From NCBI GenBank assembly GCA_046498265.1, contig JAWOBB010000064.1, positions 8,575-72,574 of the forward strand: DNA of 64,000 nt, in the 5' to 3' direction. Under the pieces are notes generated by a model, which did not search any database, had not been told where the DNA came from, and saw nothing but the letters and a program-made list of their open reading frames with translations. Positions 17,625 to 30,013 of this stretch are shown piece after piece. This stretch comes from Dehalococcoidia bacterium. GTDB taxonomy: Bacteria > Chloroflexota > Dehalococcoidia > SZUA-161 > SpSt-899. Numbering within the stretch: position 1 is the first letter of the stretch; each line of letters opens with the position of its first letter. Made by a program: the position numbers and the translations under genes.

Positions 17625-18488
17625 ATGGCTGAAGCTAAGATCGGGGTTATCGGCGGCACGGGACTCTATGAGATTGCAGACATGACCAATCTGGAAGAGG
17701 TCAATATCAGCACGCCGTTCGGCGAGCCCAGCGATTCGATTACGGTCGGGACCCTGGAAGGGACGAACATAGCCTTCCTGCCCCGGCACGGGCGGGGGCA
17801 TCGGTTTTCGCCCCACGAGATACCGGCCCGGGCTAATATTTATGCCCTCAAGTCGCTCGGTGTGGAATGGATTATTGCCATCAATTCCTGCGGCAGTTTC
17901 AAGGAGGAGCTGAAGCCCAGGGACCTGGTTGTCCCCGATCAGGTGATCGACCGCACCAGGGGTCGGGTGAATACCTTTTTCGGCAATGGAATAGTAGTGC
18001 ACCTTCCTTTTGCCGAGCCCTTCTGCCCGACGCTGGGCCAGATTCTCTACCAGGCGGCGCGCGATGCCGGGGCTACGGCTCACCGGGGAGGTACCTTCAT
18101 TGCCATGGAAGGGCCGCAATTCTCTACCAAGGCGGAATCGAGGCTATACAAATCGTGGGGGGCTGACATCGTCGGGATGACGATTTTACCGGAGGCGAAG
18201 CTGGCCCGGGAGGCTGAGATATGTTATGCCACCTTGGCCTGCGTCACCGATTACGATTCCTGGCACGATGATTTGGGCCAGGTTCGCATCGAGGAGATAA
18301 TCGAGATACTCAACCAGAATATGGACCGGGCTCGCAATATCATCCGGCTGGCGGCAGCCAACATTCCGCCGAAGAGATTCTGCCCCTGTGTCAATGCCCT
18401 GGAAAATGCCATAGTCACCTCCCCGGAAGCCATCCCAGAGCAGGTGAAGAAGGACCTCGACTTGTTAATCGGCAAATACATCAGTTAA
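17625..18488 (+). CDS. mtnP: S-methyl-5'-thioadenosine phosphorylase
   Basis: 287 aa with IGVIGGTGLY, FLPRHGRGHRFSPHEIPARANIYALK and GMTILPEAKLAREAE. Its ATG directly abuts the mtnA stop (TGA 17622-17624). Confidence 0.85.
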   Translation: MAEAKIGVIGGTGLYEIADMTNLEEVNISTPFGEPSDSITVGTLEGTNIAFLPRHGRGHRFSPHEIPARANIYALKSLGVEWIIAINSCGSFKEELKPRDLVVPDQVIDRTRGRVNTFFGNGIVVHLPFAEPFCPTLGQILYQAARDAGATAHRGGTFIAMEGPQFSTKAESRLYKSWGADIVGMTILPEAKLAREAEICYATLACVTDYDSWHDDLGQVRIEEIIEILNQNMDRARNIIRLAAANIPPKRFCPCVNALENAIVTSPEAIPEQVKKDLDLLIGKYIS

Positions 18489-18493
18489 GGCAG

Positions 18494-19537
18494 GTGCAAT
18501 TGGACCGCAAGGACTTTAAACCGAAAGGACTCCCTACAGCCATCGGAAGCATGCCCCATACCGACCCGGTTGAGGCATGTAATATAACTCTGGAGAATTT
18601 ACCCGAGATCCCGGTCTGGCCGCAGCTTCCCAATCGTACTTTCCTGGAGAACATGTACGTCCAGTACAGCGAAGGGTTCCCGGGTGTGGTAATCGAGGAT
18701 GAGCGCATCTACATCGATCGCTCGGTCGATCTCTCCCCAGGGATGGAAAAGCTCTACTCTTCATATATCGCCAACGATATCGACGGGTATGCCATCAGCC
18801 CCGATTATGCCGCGGGATTCTATGAGTTCGTCTCCCGGAAGTTCGAGGGGGTGGTGGCGGTGAAGGGTCAGGTGACCGGCCCCATCAGTTTTGGCCTGGT
18901 GGTTACCGACCAGAATCGCAGACCCACGCTTTACGACGAGATCCTGGCCGACGCCATCGCCCGCCATTTGAGAATGAAGGCCGCCTGGATGGAGAGGGAG
19001 CTGGCGAAGCTCTCGGCCGAGACCATCATGTTCCTCGATGAGCCCTATCTGGCCTCGCTGGGGTCGGCTTTCGTGGCGCTGGACAGCGATACGGTTATCA
19101 AGCTGGTCAACGAGGCGCTGGATGGGCTTGGGGGGCTCAAGGGCATGCACTGCTGCGGCAATACCGACTGGTCGGTGCTGATGGCCACCGACATCGATAT
19201 CCTCAATTTCGATGCCTATAACTACGGCGAGACGCTGGCGCTTTTCCCGGCGGAGGTCAAAGCCTTCCTGGAGGGGGGAGGGGTGCTGGCCTGGGGGATC
19301 GTGCCCAGCGAAGAGGAGGCCCTGCCCGCCGAGACAGTTCAAAGTTTGCTGAAGCGGATGCAGGATTTGATGGATTCGCTGGTGGGTAAGGGCATCGATC
19401 GGGATATGCTTCTGGAAAAGTGCCTGATTACCCCCTCGTGTGGCACGGGGTCTATCTCGCCGGCCATGTCGGCAAGGGCGCTTGAGCTGACGGCGGAGAT
19501 CTCAAGGGAATTTCGGAGCCTGCATAACTTTCAATGA
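18494..19537 (+). CDS. Half-size cobalamin-independent methionine synthase-like Zn methyltransferase (core-MetE-like, URO-D/CIMS superfamily)
   Basis: 347 aa with a GTG start. Candidate Zn ligands are His219-x-Cys221 in GMHCCGNTDW, an acidic residue near 240-246, and Cys316 in ITPSCGTG. This mirrors the HxC...E...C pattern of the MetE C-terminal domain. Its operon context (SAH and MTA genes) fits homocysteine methylation. Confidence 0.6.
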   Translation: MQLDRKDFKPKGLPTAIGSMPHTDPVEACNITLENLPEIPVWPQLPNRTFLENMYVQYSEGFPGVVIEDERIYIDRSVDLSPGMEKLYSSYIANDIDGYAISPDYAAGFYEFVSRKFEGVVAVKGQVTGPISFGLVVTDQNRRPTLYDEILADAIARHLRMKAAWMERELAKLSAETIMFLDEPYLASLGSAFVALDSDTVIKLVNEALDGLGGLKGMHCCGNTDWSVLMATDIDILNFDAYNYGETLALFPAEVKAFLEGGGVLAWGIVPSEEEALPAETVQSLLKRMQDLMDSLVGKGIDRDMLLEKCLITPSCGTGSISPAMSARALELTAEISREFRSLHNFQ

Positions 19538-20529
19538 CGGATAGGATGGAACTGGAAATAATCGGCATCGGCTCGGCCTTAGTTGACATAACAGTGCAGG
19601 TCGACGATGCTTTCCTCCGGGCGGAGGAGTTGCCGAAGGGGGGGATGACCCTGGTCGAAGCCGGCCGGTCAAAGGAATTACTGAAAGAGCTCGAGGATTT
19701 TCCTCGGGAGTTCTCCCCCGGCGGGGCGACGGCCAATATAATGGCTTCCTTCGCCCATTGCGGCGGCAAATCCGGATTCATAGGAAAGGTGGGCAAGGAT
19801 GAGCTGGGCGATTACTTTGCCCAGCAGACCCGGAAGGCGGGGGTGGAATTCGTCAAGCTCACTTCGGAGGGGGAAGCAACGGGAATCGGGCTGACGCTGA
19901 TTACCCCGGACGGGCAGCGTACCTTCGCCACCCATCTGGGGGCAGCGGTGGAGTTGAACCAGGCTGAAATTACGCCCGAGTTGCTCAACCGTGCTCCCAT
20001 CGTTCATGTGGAAGCTTATCTGGTTTTCAATCGGGTTCTGATTGATCATATTCTCGATACGGCCAAGGTAAACGGACAGAAGATTTCCATGGACCTGTCT
20101 TCCTTCGGGGTGGTGCAGGAAAATCTGGAATATCTGCAGGAAAAGGCAAGGACCCATCTGGATATCATCTTTGCCAATGAGGATGAGTCGCTGGCGTTCA
20201 CCGGGCGGTCGCCGAAGGAATCGCTGGTTCGAATCGGAGAGGTTTGCGAGGTAGCGGTGGTTAAGGAGGGGGAGGCGGGTTCGCATATCAGCGGAAGAGG
20301 GGAGACGCATTACTTTCCCGCCGAGGTGATTGAAGTGGTGGATACCAACGGAGCCGGCGATGCCTACGCCGGCGGGGTTCTCTACGGGTTGAGCCGCGGG
20401 TTCCCGGTTTCGGCCTGGGGCAGCATCGGGACGCGCGCCGGCGCACTGGCGGTCAATCAGCGGGGGGCCCGCCTGACGGCGGAGAATGCCCGCATTCTGG
20501 GTGAGTTTGCTTCGAAGAATACCAAATGA
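19534..20529 (+). CDS. PfkB-family kinase, probably adenosine kinase
   Basis: 331 aa with the PfkB signature DTNGAGDAYAGG near the C-terminus. ATGA overlap with the upstream gene. The adenosine assignment comes from the AhcY/MtnP context. Confidence 0.7.
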   Translation: MTDRMELEIIGIGSALVDITVQVDDAFLRAEELPKGGMTLVEAGRSKELLKELEDFPREFSPGGATANIMASFAHCGGKSGFIGKVGKDELGDYFAQQTRKAGVEFVKLTSEGEATGIGLTLITPDGQRTFATHLGAAVELNQAEITPELLNRAPIVHVEAYLVFNRVLIDHILDTAKVNGQKISMDLSSFGVVQENLEYLQEKARTHLDIIFANEDESLAFTGRSPKESLVRIGEVCEVAVVKEGEAGSHISGRGETHYFPAEVIEVVDTNGAGDAYAGGVLYGLSRGFPVSAWGSIGTRAGALAVNQRGARLTAENARILGEFASKNTK

Positions 20530-21394
20530 AAATCGACCTCCACATCCATACTAGAACCGGTTCGGACGGCAATCTGCCCATCGAAGCTGTCTTCGAGGAG
20601 GCGAAAAAGCGCGGTATCGAGCTGATTTCCATCACCGACCACGACTCCATCGAGTGCCAGCAACAGGCAATTGACCTTGCCCGGCAATTCGGCATTAAAT
20701 ATGTCACCGGCGTTGAACTGAACGTCACCTTCGAATATCCGGGGGGCAAACCCCTCTCACTGGATTTCCTCGGCTACCGGTTCGACCATAAGAATCGGGA
20801 GCTGAACGAAAAGCTTCAGCTTATCCGCCAACACCGGGAGATCCGGGCACAGCAGATTCTGCAGAATATCAACATTGAGTTCGAAAAAGAGGGCATTGAG
20901 CCTTTGACGGAAAAGGACATGGCGGCCATACAGGCGAGCGTCGATGGCGCCTTCGGGCGGCCTCACATAGCCGATTACCTCATCAAAAAAGGGATCGTGG
21001 CAAACAGGCAGGAGGCCTTCGATAAATACCTGGTCAAGTGCGATGTTCCCAAGTATCCGCTTTCGCTATCTGAGGCTTCTCGCTTGATCAGGGGTGCCGG
21101 GGGAATACTGGTTCATGCCCACCCCAGCGACCCCAATGGGACTTCCTTGGCCAAGGCATCCGGAGACTTGAATGAGCAGACCAGGATAATCGAGGAGCAC
21201 ATGCTTGACTACCTCGACGGCATCGAATGCTGGCATAGCCGGCACGACGCTGTGGCGATAGACCATTACGTGGCCTTCGCTCAACGACACGGGCTCATCA
21301 TGACCGGCGGCAGTGACTGCCATCAAAAGCCAATCATAATGGGCAGCGTGCCCGTTCCCGACAGCGTCGCCGACTTATTTCTGGGCGGGATGAC

Positions 21395-21398
<4 letters not shown>
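20526..21398 (+). CDS. PHP-domain phosphoesterase (TrpH/YciV-like)
   Basis: 290 aa with N-terminus MKIDLHIHTRTGSDG...ISITDHD, the PHP metal-binding start. Later His motifs are VHAHPSDP and GGSDCH. ATGA overlap with the adenosine kinase gene. Confidence 0.75.
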
Positions 21399-23558
<2,160 letters not shown>

Positions 23559-23649
23559 GGACTTAATTTACATAAAAGCAGCTTTTGGTGAAGGGATGTA
23601 ATCAGGGGGAATTTATCATCATTGGTGTAGTTATATAAATAATCAACTT

Positions 23650-25116
23650 ATGGATTCCGATCTGTTCAGATGCATATTTAAACCGCGTTCCGTAGCGGTT
23701 ATCGGTGCTTCCAATACCTTCGGCAAATGGGGATTCAACATCTTCAACCGGGTGATGGCCTCGGGCGACGGGCGAGCCGTTTACCCCGTTAACACCGAAT
23801 CCTCCGAAGTGCTGGGGGTTTGCTCTTATGAAAGCATCATCGATGTGCCCGAGCCGGTCGAACTGGCGGTAATTACCGTTCCCCCCAGGTTTGTTCCCGA
23901 TATCGTTCACGATTGTGCTCGGAAGGGCGTGAGGGTGGCGGAGATCATCACCGCCGGCTTCGGGGAAGCCGGGGAAGAGGGAGCGGAGGTGGAACGCAGG
24001 ATGGTCGAAACGGCGAAGGAGAGCGGGATGTGCCTGGTGGGACCGAATTCGATGGGCCATCTTGATGCCAATAGTGATTTCTATACTTCCCCCTGGATAA
24101 CCGGTGTCGAAAGAGGTGGGGTGGGCCTCATATCACAGAGCGGGAACTTTGGCATTAATGTCATCCGTACCGGCATGGCCAGGGGGATCGGTTTTTCCAA
24201 ATTCATCAGCAGCGGGAATGAGGCCGATTTGAAGTTCGAGGATTACCTGGAACAATTCGGTGATGACGATGATACCAAAGTAATTATAGCCTATCTGGAA
24301 GGCTTGAGGCAGGGGCGCCGGTTTCTGGAGATGGCCGGGGAGATATCGAAGCGCAAGCCGATAGTGATTCTGAAAGCCGGCAGGACGGGGGCAGGTGCTA
24401 AAGCGGCCCATTCGCATACGGCTACGCTTGCCGGTGAAGACCGGGTATACGACACAGCTTTCCGCCAGACCGGGGTCATCAGGGTGGAGGGGATCGATGA
24501 GCTGATCGATACGGCGGGGGCGCTGCTTCGCCAGCCGGTTCCCAGAGGGAAAAGGGTTGGGATCCTCACTGGGGGAGGGGGGCCGGGGGTCATCGCCGCT
24601 GATGCCTGCTCGCGCCTGGGACTCGAGATAGCGGATATTTCCCCATCCACCATCGAAAAACTGAATGCCATCCTGCCCCCGCGCTGGCCTCAGGCCAATC
24701 CGGTCGACATGGTGGGGGAGACCACCCTCACTTATCCCTGCCTGCTGGAACTGATCGAAGATGAAAACGTCGATGCGGTGTTGTCGCTGGCGGTAGGATT
24801 CGCCGATGCCATCCGCACCATCGTCATGGATTATGTCCATTCCGATATTTATGATGAGGTTGACCGGTTTATCGATTCCGAGTCGGCAAGGGAACTGGCC
24901 CAATTGAAGCAGGTGATCGGGCGCATGGATGCCCTGGGCAAGCCGGTATTATTCTGCCCGCCTACGGGGATCGAGGAGCTCTCCACAATTGTTCACCTTC
25001 GGGAAAACAGAATAATTACTTATTTGAGCGTGGAGCGGGCCGCTGTGGCCCTGGCTCACCTGGCTGATTACGGGGAATATTTGAGGGCGTCACGATTAAA
25101 TGGGGCCGCCGGTTAG
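23650..25116 (+). CDS. ADP-forming acyl/acetyl-CoA synthetase, alpha (CoA-binding/ligase) part only
   Basis: 488 aa with PRSVAVIGASNTFGKWG...VYPVNTE (CoA-binding) and GPNSMGH, ISQSGNF, SSGNEAD (succinyl-CoA-synthetase-like). There is no ATP-grasp beta domain in this ORF or adjacent to it. Confidence 0.75.
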   Translation: MDSDLFRCIFKPRSVAVIGASNTFGKWGFNIFNRVMASGDGRAVYPVNTESSEVLGVCSYESIIDVPEPVELAVITVPPRFVPDIVHDCARKGVRVAEIITAGFGEAGEEGAEVERRMVETAKESGMCLVGPNSMGHLDANSDFYTSPWITGVERGGVGLISQSGNFGINVIRTGMARGIGFSKFISSGNEADLKFEDYLEQFGDDDDTKVIIAYLEGLRQGRRFLEMAGEISKRKPIVILKAGRTGAGAKAAHSHTATLAGEDRVYDTAFRQTGVIRVEGIDELIDTAGALLRQPVPRGKRVGILTGGGGPGVIAADACSRLGLEIADISPSTIEKLNAILPPRWPQANPVDMVGETTLTYPCLLELIEDENVDAVLSLAVGFADAIRTIVMDYVHSDIYDEVDRFIDSESARELAQLKQVIGRMDALGKPVLFCPPTGIEELSTIVHLRENRIITYLSVERAAVALAHLADYGEYLRASRLNGAAG

Positions 25117-25177
25117 TGTTCAGGAATCGGAAAAAGTGGTATGATTTGATTTGAAAATCGTCCACGGGGAGGTTGTT

Positions 25178-25657
25178 ATGGAAGAGATTCTCAAGATACT
25201 CGAAGAGGATGCCCGGACGACTGCCGAGCAGATTGCCACCATGACGGGCAGGGACGTTGATGAGGTGAAGGAATCCATCCGTCAGGCGGAGAACGACCGC
25301 ATTATTGCCAAATACAAGACGATGGTCAACTGGGAGAAGATGGGGCGGGAGGAGGTCTGGGCTCTCATCGAAGTCAGGCTGCAGCCGCAGCGTGAGGTAG
25401 GATTCGATTCCGTAGCCGAGCGGATTTATCGTTTTCCTGAAGTGAGGTCAGCTTACCTGGTTTCCGGTGGGTATGATCTCGCCGTGCTGGTAACAGGTAA
25501 AACAATTCAGGAGGTAGCCGGCTTCGTATCCCGCAAGCTGGCCACCCTGGAGCAGGTGCAGGGAACGGTAACCCATTTTTTGCTCAAGCGTTATAAGGAA
25601 GACGGGGAGATACTGGAAGGTGGGGAAAAGCCCAAAAGACAGCCGATAACCCTTTGA
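25178..25657 (+). CDS. Lrp/AsnC-family transcriptional regulator
   Basis: ATG 25178 with GGGGAGG upstream; the track uses TTG 25151. It has an HTH (ILKILEEDARTTAEQIATMTG) followed by an RAM/ACT-like C-terminal domain. Confidence 0.8.
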   Translation: MEEILKILEEDARTTAEQIATMTGRDVDEVKESIRQAENDRIIAKYKTMVNWEKMGREEVWALIEVRLQPQREVGFDSVAERIYRFPEVRSAYLVSGGYDLAVLVTGKTIQEVAGFVSRKLATLEQVQGTVTHFLLKRYKEDGEILEGGEKPKRQPITL

Positions 25658-25708
25658 GTTCAGAAAAGGAATGACCTCCAAGATTTAACCGGTACGTTTA
25701 CTCATATG

Positions 25709-25740
25709 AAAAACCCCCGCTTTTAAGCGGGGGTTTTTTT
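25709..25740. terminator. Bidirectional rho-independent terminator between Lrp and hppA
   Basis: AAAAA-CCCCCGC (25714-25720), loop TTTTAA, GCGGGGG (25727-25733), then TTTTTTT. There is an A-run on one side and a T-run on the other. It sits between convergent genes. Confidence 0.85.
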
Positions 25741-25761
25741 GGTCAGTAGACTCGTTTTTGT

Positions 25762-27846
25762 TTAATCGGCTATGCTGACGAAGACCGGGGCGAACAGGAG
25801 CGAGATCATGCTCATCAGCTTGATGAGAATGTTCAGCGAAGGCCCGGAGGTATCCTTGAACGGGTCGCCCACGGTATCGCCGACCACGGCGGCTTTGTGA
25901 CAATCCGAACCTTTACCCCCGAGGTTCCCCTGTTCGATCCATTTCTTGGCATTATCCCAGGTGCCGCCGGCGTTGGCCATGGTAACCGCCATCAGGTATC
26001 CGCAGGCTATAGCCCCAACGAGCAGCCCGGCCAGGGCTTCCGGCCCGAGGAAGGGCACAATGCCCACCACAATTGGAACTATCACTGCCAGCAAACCCGG
26101 CAGTATCATTGCCTTGAGACCGGTCTTGGTGGTTATATCCACGCACTTGGTGTGGTCTGGCTTGACACCTTCCTTCCCTTCCAGGAGTCCCGGTATCTCC
26201 CGCCACTGGCGGCGAACCTCGTTGACCACGCCCATGGCTGCTGAGCTTACCGCTTCCATGGTCAGCGCGCTGAACAGGAAAACGAGGCCGGCTCCAATCA
26301 ATATCCCCACGATAAGTTCCGGATGATCCAGGCTGACCTCCAGCCCGTTGCCGTTGTTATAACCTTCCACCTTAAGTTTCTGGCCGAAAGCAGCGGTGAG
26401 TCCCAGGGCGGTCAGCGCCGCCGAACCAATTGCAAATCCCTTGCCGGTGGCGGCGGTGGTGTTACCAAGTGAATCAAGGGCATCGGTCTTAGTTCGCACC
26501 TCAGGGGGAAGCTTGGCCTGCTCGGCGATTCCCCCGGCGTTATCGGCCACCGGCCCGTACGCATCGGTAGCCAGAGTGATTCCCAGTGTGGAAAGCATGC
26601 CCACGGCAGTAATGGCCACGCCGTAGAGATCGGCCAGTTCGTAGGCAACCAGGACCGCAATGACCACCAGCAGCACCGGGGCCAGAGTGCTCAACATTCC
26701 ATTTGAGAAACCTTTAATAATGAGGGTACCGGTTCCCGTCTCAGATGCTTCGGCCACTTTCCGGGTGGGCTTGTAAACATCGGCAGTGTAGTATTCGATG
26801 CTGTATCCGATCAGTACCCCGGCAATCAGTCCGGCGACGATTGATATCCAGATATCCAGGCCGCTGACTTTGTCGGCCACTACTCCGTCGACATCGAGCA
26901 GCCAGATTGCCAGATAGGAAAATCCGGCCACCAGTATCGAGGCCCCGTAGGTGCCTTTTCGTAGCGCCATCAGTAATGATTCGAGCTTAAGCTGCTCTCC
27001 GACGCGGACCAGGAAGGTACCCGCAATTGAGCAAAGTATGCCGACACCGGCGATGATGAAAGGCAGCAGGGCCAGGTCGTGATCGTACGCCACGGCAGCC
27101 GTGGTCAGAGCTACAGCCATGGTGGCAATAATAGCACCGGCATAAGATTCGAATAAATCGGCGCCCATACCGGCGATATCGCCCACGTTGTCGCCGACGT
27201 TATCGGCAATCACGCCCGGGTTCCTGGGGTCGTCTTCCGGGATTCCGGCTTCGACTTTACCAACCAGGTCGGAGCCGACATCAGCGCCCTTAGTATAAAT
27301 TCCGCCACCCACCCTGGCGAACAGGGCGATGGATGAAGCCCCGAATCCGAATCCGACCAGTATGTCCACGATATCCCAGGAGTTATCGGTCATATGGTCT
27401 CCCCATATTATGTAAATGATACTCAAACCAACGAGTGCCAGCGAAACAACTGTCAGTCCCATGACGGCACCGCTCTTAAAAGCTGTACGAAGTCCGTGAT
27501 TAAGGCTCTTTTGTACTGTGGTAACTGTCCGGCAGTTAGCTTTAGTTCCGATCCTCATCCCAATGTAACCGGCAGCCACCGAGCAAATAGTACCGATCAG
27601 ATAAGCAACCGCAACCAGCCAGTGGGGTTCAAGCACCACTCCAATGATTATAAAAACTATTATCACGAAAGCGGCCAGGGTCTTGTATTCGCGATACAAA
27701 AAAGCAATGGCGCCTTCCTCAATGCGTGAGGATATCTCGGAGACCTCTTCCGAGCCCCTTGGTTCTGAGATCAGTCTGGTGACCAGATAGGCAGCGAAAA
27801 GCAACCCCAGGACACCTGCTATCAAAGCGTAATATATGAGATCCAA
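25762..27846 (-). CDS. hppA: Membrane-bound ion-translocating pyrophosphatase
   Basis: 694 aa with a TTG start and strong SD AAGGAGGG. Hallmark motifs are [19 protein letters not shown] and [20 protein letters not shown]. About 16 TM segments. Confidence 0.9.
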   Translation of the reverse strand: MDLIYYALIAGVLGLLFAAYLVTRLISEPRGSEEVSEISSRIEEGAIAFLYREYKTLAAFVIIVFIIIGVVLEPHWLVAVAYLIGTICSVAAGYIGMRIGTKANCRTVTTVQKSLNHGLRTAFKSGAVMGLTVVSLALVGLSIIYIIWGDHMTDNSWDIVDILVGFGFGASSIALFARVGGGIYTKGADVGSDLVGKVEAGIPEDDPRNPGVIADNVGDNVGDIAGMGADLFESYAGAIIATMAVALTTAAVAYDHDLALLPFIIAGVGILCSIAGTFLVRVGEQLKLESLLMALRKGTYGASILVAGFSYLAIWLLDVDGVVADKVSGLDIWISIVAGLIAGVLIGYSIEYYTADVYKPTRKVAEASETGTGTLIIKGFSNGMLSTLAPVLLVVIAVLVAYELADLYGVAITAVGMLSTLGITLATDAYGPVADNAGGIAEQAKLPPEVRTKTDALDSLGNTTAATGKGFAIGSAALTALGLTAAFGQKLKVEGYNNGNGLEVSLDHPELIVGILIGAGLVFLFSALTMEAVSSAAMGVVNEVRRQWREIPGLLEGKEGVKPDHTKCVDITTKTGLKAMILPGLLAVIVPIVVGIVPFLGPEALAGLLVGAIACGYLMAVTMANAGGTWDNAKKWIEQGNLGGKGSDCHKAAVVGDTVGDPFKDTSGPSLNILIKLMSMISLLFAPVFVSIAD

Positions 27847-28068
27847 AGCTCAACCCTCCTTTTCTTTAATTTGCTGAAAAAACATATATTACAAACATTA
27901 ACCCCCCGAAACTTTTATGATTTGCTCCGAGAGGTCAACGGTTAGATTTCAGACCTGCTTTTCTCAGTATAACAGAACCGGTTGGTCTCTACAAAGCTGT
28001 TGTGGGCGCTTGGGCCGGGAACAGCAGTTTTCAAGCCAGGTATGAACCGATAAACCTGGAAGTTGCTA

Positions 28069-28719
28069 TCACTCGGGGCTGCTCAGTTCGCTGTTGAACT
28101 TTTCCAGTTTTGCCTCCAGCTCCCTTTGCCTCAAGGAAAGGGTCAGGTCGCCGCGGCTCCTTTCCAGGACCCCCCTGACCATATCGGTGGTGCGTCGCAA
28201 TCCCCCGGTGAGGGCATCGGGGAAATCGATGGTTACCAGCATGCTGTAGATATCGTCCATCATGCCCAGGATGTTCTCGCACAAGTCCAGTTCCCCTTTC
28301 CGCATCCTGTCGAGGAGGTGCCGGCGCAGTTCGCCTGCCGCTTCGCCGAGCCCGTTCAGATAAGCCGAATAGACAACTCCCAGCGAATCGGGCTCGGGGA
28401 CAGGCTGTCCGGAGATGAGCGCCAGCGTAGCCCGGGCTTCGGCGTATTCCTTGTGGGAATCGAGGACGAACCCGGTGTATTGCAGATCATCGTAGGTGGC
28501 GATGGCCTGACTTACCTCATCGAGAATCGATTTGGCTTCATCCGCCAGTGATTTTGCCGTCTCGAACTCGCCGCGATGCGCTGCCCTGATGGAGGTGGAG
28601 CATTTGTAAATTGCTTCCCGGGACGATTTTATAGCCTTGTCCCTCGCCTCATGCTTGGCGGAGAAACTGTTCCTTATTTGTTCTCCTATTCGATCAAGAT
28701 CCGATGATAAATCTGTCAA
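28069..28719 (-). CDS. Translin-family (C3PO-like) protein
   Basis: 216 aa with a TTG start and GAGGTG SD. It is an all-helical protein. The segment YLNGLGEAAGELRRHLLDRMRKGE and the downstream MMDDIYSMLVTIDFPDALTGGLRRTTD are characteristic of translin/TRAX. Confidence 0.6.
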   Translation of the reverse strand: MTDLSSDLDRIGEQIRNSFSAKHEARDKAIKSSREAIYKCSTSIRAAHRGEFETAKSLADEAKSILDEVSQAIATYDDLQYTGFVLDSHKEYAEARATLALISGQPVPEPDSLGVVYSAYLNGLGEAAGELRRHLLDRMRKGELDLCENILGMMDDIYSMLVTIDFPDALTGGLRRTTDMVRGVLERSRGDLTLSLRQRELEAKLEKFNSELSSPE

Positions 28720-28785
28720 GTTTCACCTCACAAGTTTTATTCAAAGTGATTCTTTTACTAGTAAACCGGCAACTAAATATGATAT

Positions 28786-28917
28786 GTCATTCCCGCCCCC
28801 CGAGCCGGAATCCACTTCCCATAACTGATCTAGATTCCCGCCTTGGCGGGAATGACATAAGAAGGCTTTTCTGGGTTCTTACCAAAGTTTATCCCGTACT
28901 TGACACGGAGGGGGAAT
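28786..28917. repeat. Composite REP/MITE-like element (double hairpin plus a conserved 3' module)
   Basis: GTCATTCCCGCC (28786-) ... GGCGGGAATGAC (-28856) forms 12-nt terminal inverted repeats around two sub-hairpins. The following module GAATGACATAAGAAGG..TCTGGGTTCTTACCAAAGTTTATCCCGTACTTGACACGGAGGGGGAAT aligns with 46960-47026. Confidence 0.8.
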
Positions 28918-28945
28918 GCCATTGATGGATAAGTTTGTTGTCCAT

Positions 28946-30013
28946 TTAACTGCCGGATTGGTAATTGAACTGCTCGGCCAGAAACCTGGTGGCAGCCTCG
29001 ATATCCTCTCTGTTGAGCACAGAATCGATGACTGCAATGCAGTCGGCACCCTGCTCGATCACTTCCCTGGCATTGCCCTCGTTAATCCCCCCGATGGCCA
29101 CTATCGGCAATGAACCAGCATTTCTAATTTCCCCCAGTCTCTGAAGCCCGATTACCTCGACATCCGGCTTGGTGGGTGAAGGATAAACGGAGCCCACTCC
29201 CAGGTAGTCAGCCCCCTCCGCTTGAGCCTCCAGGGCCTGTTTGGCGGTGCGCACCGTGCGTCCGATGATCTTGTCATAAGAGAGCATCTGCCTGGCGGCG
29301 GGAACCGGTAGGTCCTGGTTGCCGAGATGCACGCCATCGGCATCGCAGGCCAGGACTATATCGACGTTGTCGTTGATGATCAAAATAATCCCCGCCTCGG
29401 TGCAAATGCGCCTTAATTCTTCGGCCAGTTCGAGAAGGTCCTTTTTGTTTTGCCCCTTACCGCGTAACTGAACAACTTTTGTGCCGCCCTCAATTACCCG
29501 GCGGGCGATATCGGGCACACGCTCTGATGGGAACCTTTCGCTATCGATAATAACATAGACACCGGCAAGCTTTTCCAGCTTATCCTGCCGTGACAGCGTT
29601 AGAGTAAGTTTCCTTTCTATTTCGTAAAGGGTGAACCTGGCCTGCTCGAAATTGCGTTCGTTTATTTGGGAAGGTGCTTCGGGCAGCCGGGCAAACTCAT
29701 CCAGCACCCGCAGGGCTTCCTGGGTGCGCCTGGCATTGGCGGTGACCAGGTCGGTGAGATGCTTTCTTTCCGTTCCCTCAACGGCAGAGTCCCTGCCCAC
29801 ATCGCCCTCGGAATCACGTGCCTCCAGCAGCTGATTCTTGAATTCCGGGTCCGTTTCACAGAGCTCGTGGCGCATGCGTTTGAGGGTTTCGGTGGTTTGG
29901 ATATCCCCCAGGATGAAGCGCGAGATTTCTTCCAGGACGCGGAGTCCCTCGCCGAGGCGATCCAGATTGGCATCAATCAGACGCAGCATCTGAAAATAAG
30001 GCCTATATTTCAT
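28946..30013 (-). CDS. thiE: Thiamine-phosphate synthase with an N-terminal extension of about 160 aa
   Basis: The C-terminal half is typical ThiE (VYVIIDS..., VQLRGKG, GVHLGNQDLP, GVGSVYPSPTKPD, PIVAIGGI). The N-terminal domain (LRLIDANLDRLGEGLRVLEEISRF) has no role known to me. The start is ambiguous: ATG 30013 or ATG 29989, and the track ORF reaches 30055. Confidence 0.8.
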   Translation of the reverse strand: MKYRPYFQMLRLIDANLDRLGEGLRVLEEISRFILGDIQTTETLKRMRHELCETDPEFKNQLLEARDSEGDVGRDSAVEGTERKHLTDLVTANARRTQEALRVLDEFARLPEAPSQINERNFEQARFTLYEIERKLTLTLSRQDKLEKLAGVYVIIDSERFPSERVPDIARRVIEGGTKVVQLRGKGQNKKDLLELAEELRRICTEAGIILIINDNVDIVLACDADGVHLGNQDLPVPAARQMLSYDKIIGRTVRTAKQALEAQAEGADYLGVGSVYPSPTKPDVEVIGLQRLGEIRNAGSLPIVAIGGINEGNAREVIEQGADCIAVIDSVLNREDIEAATRFLAEQFNYQSGS

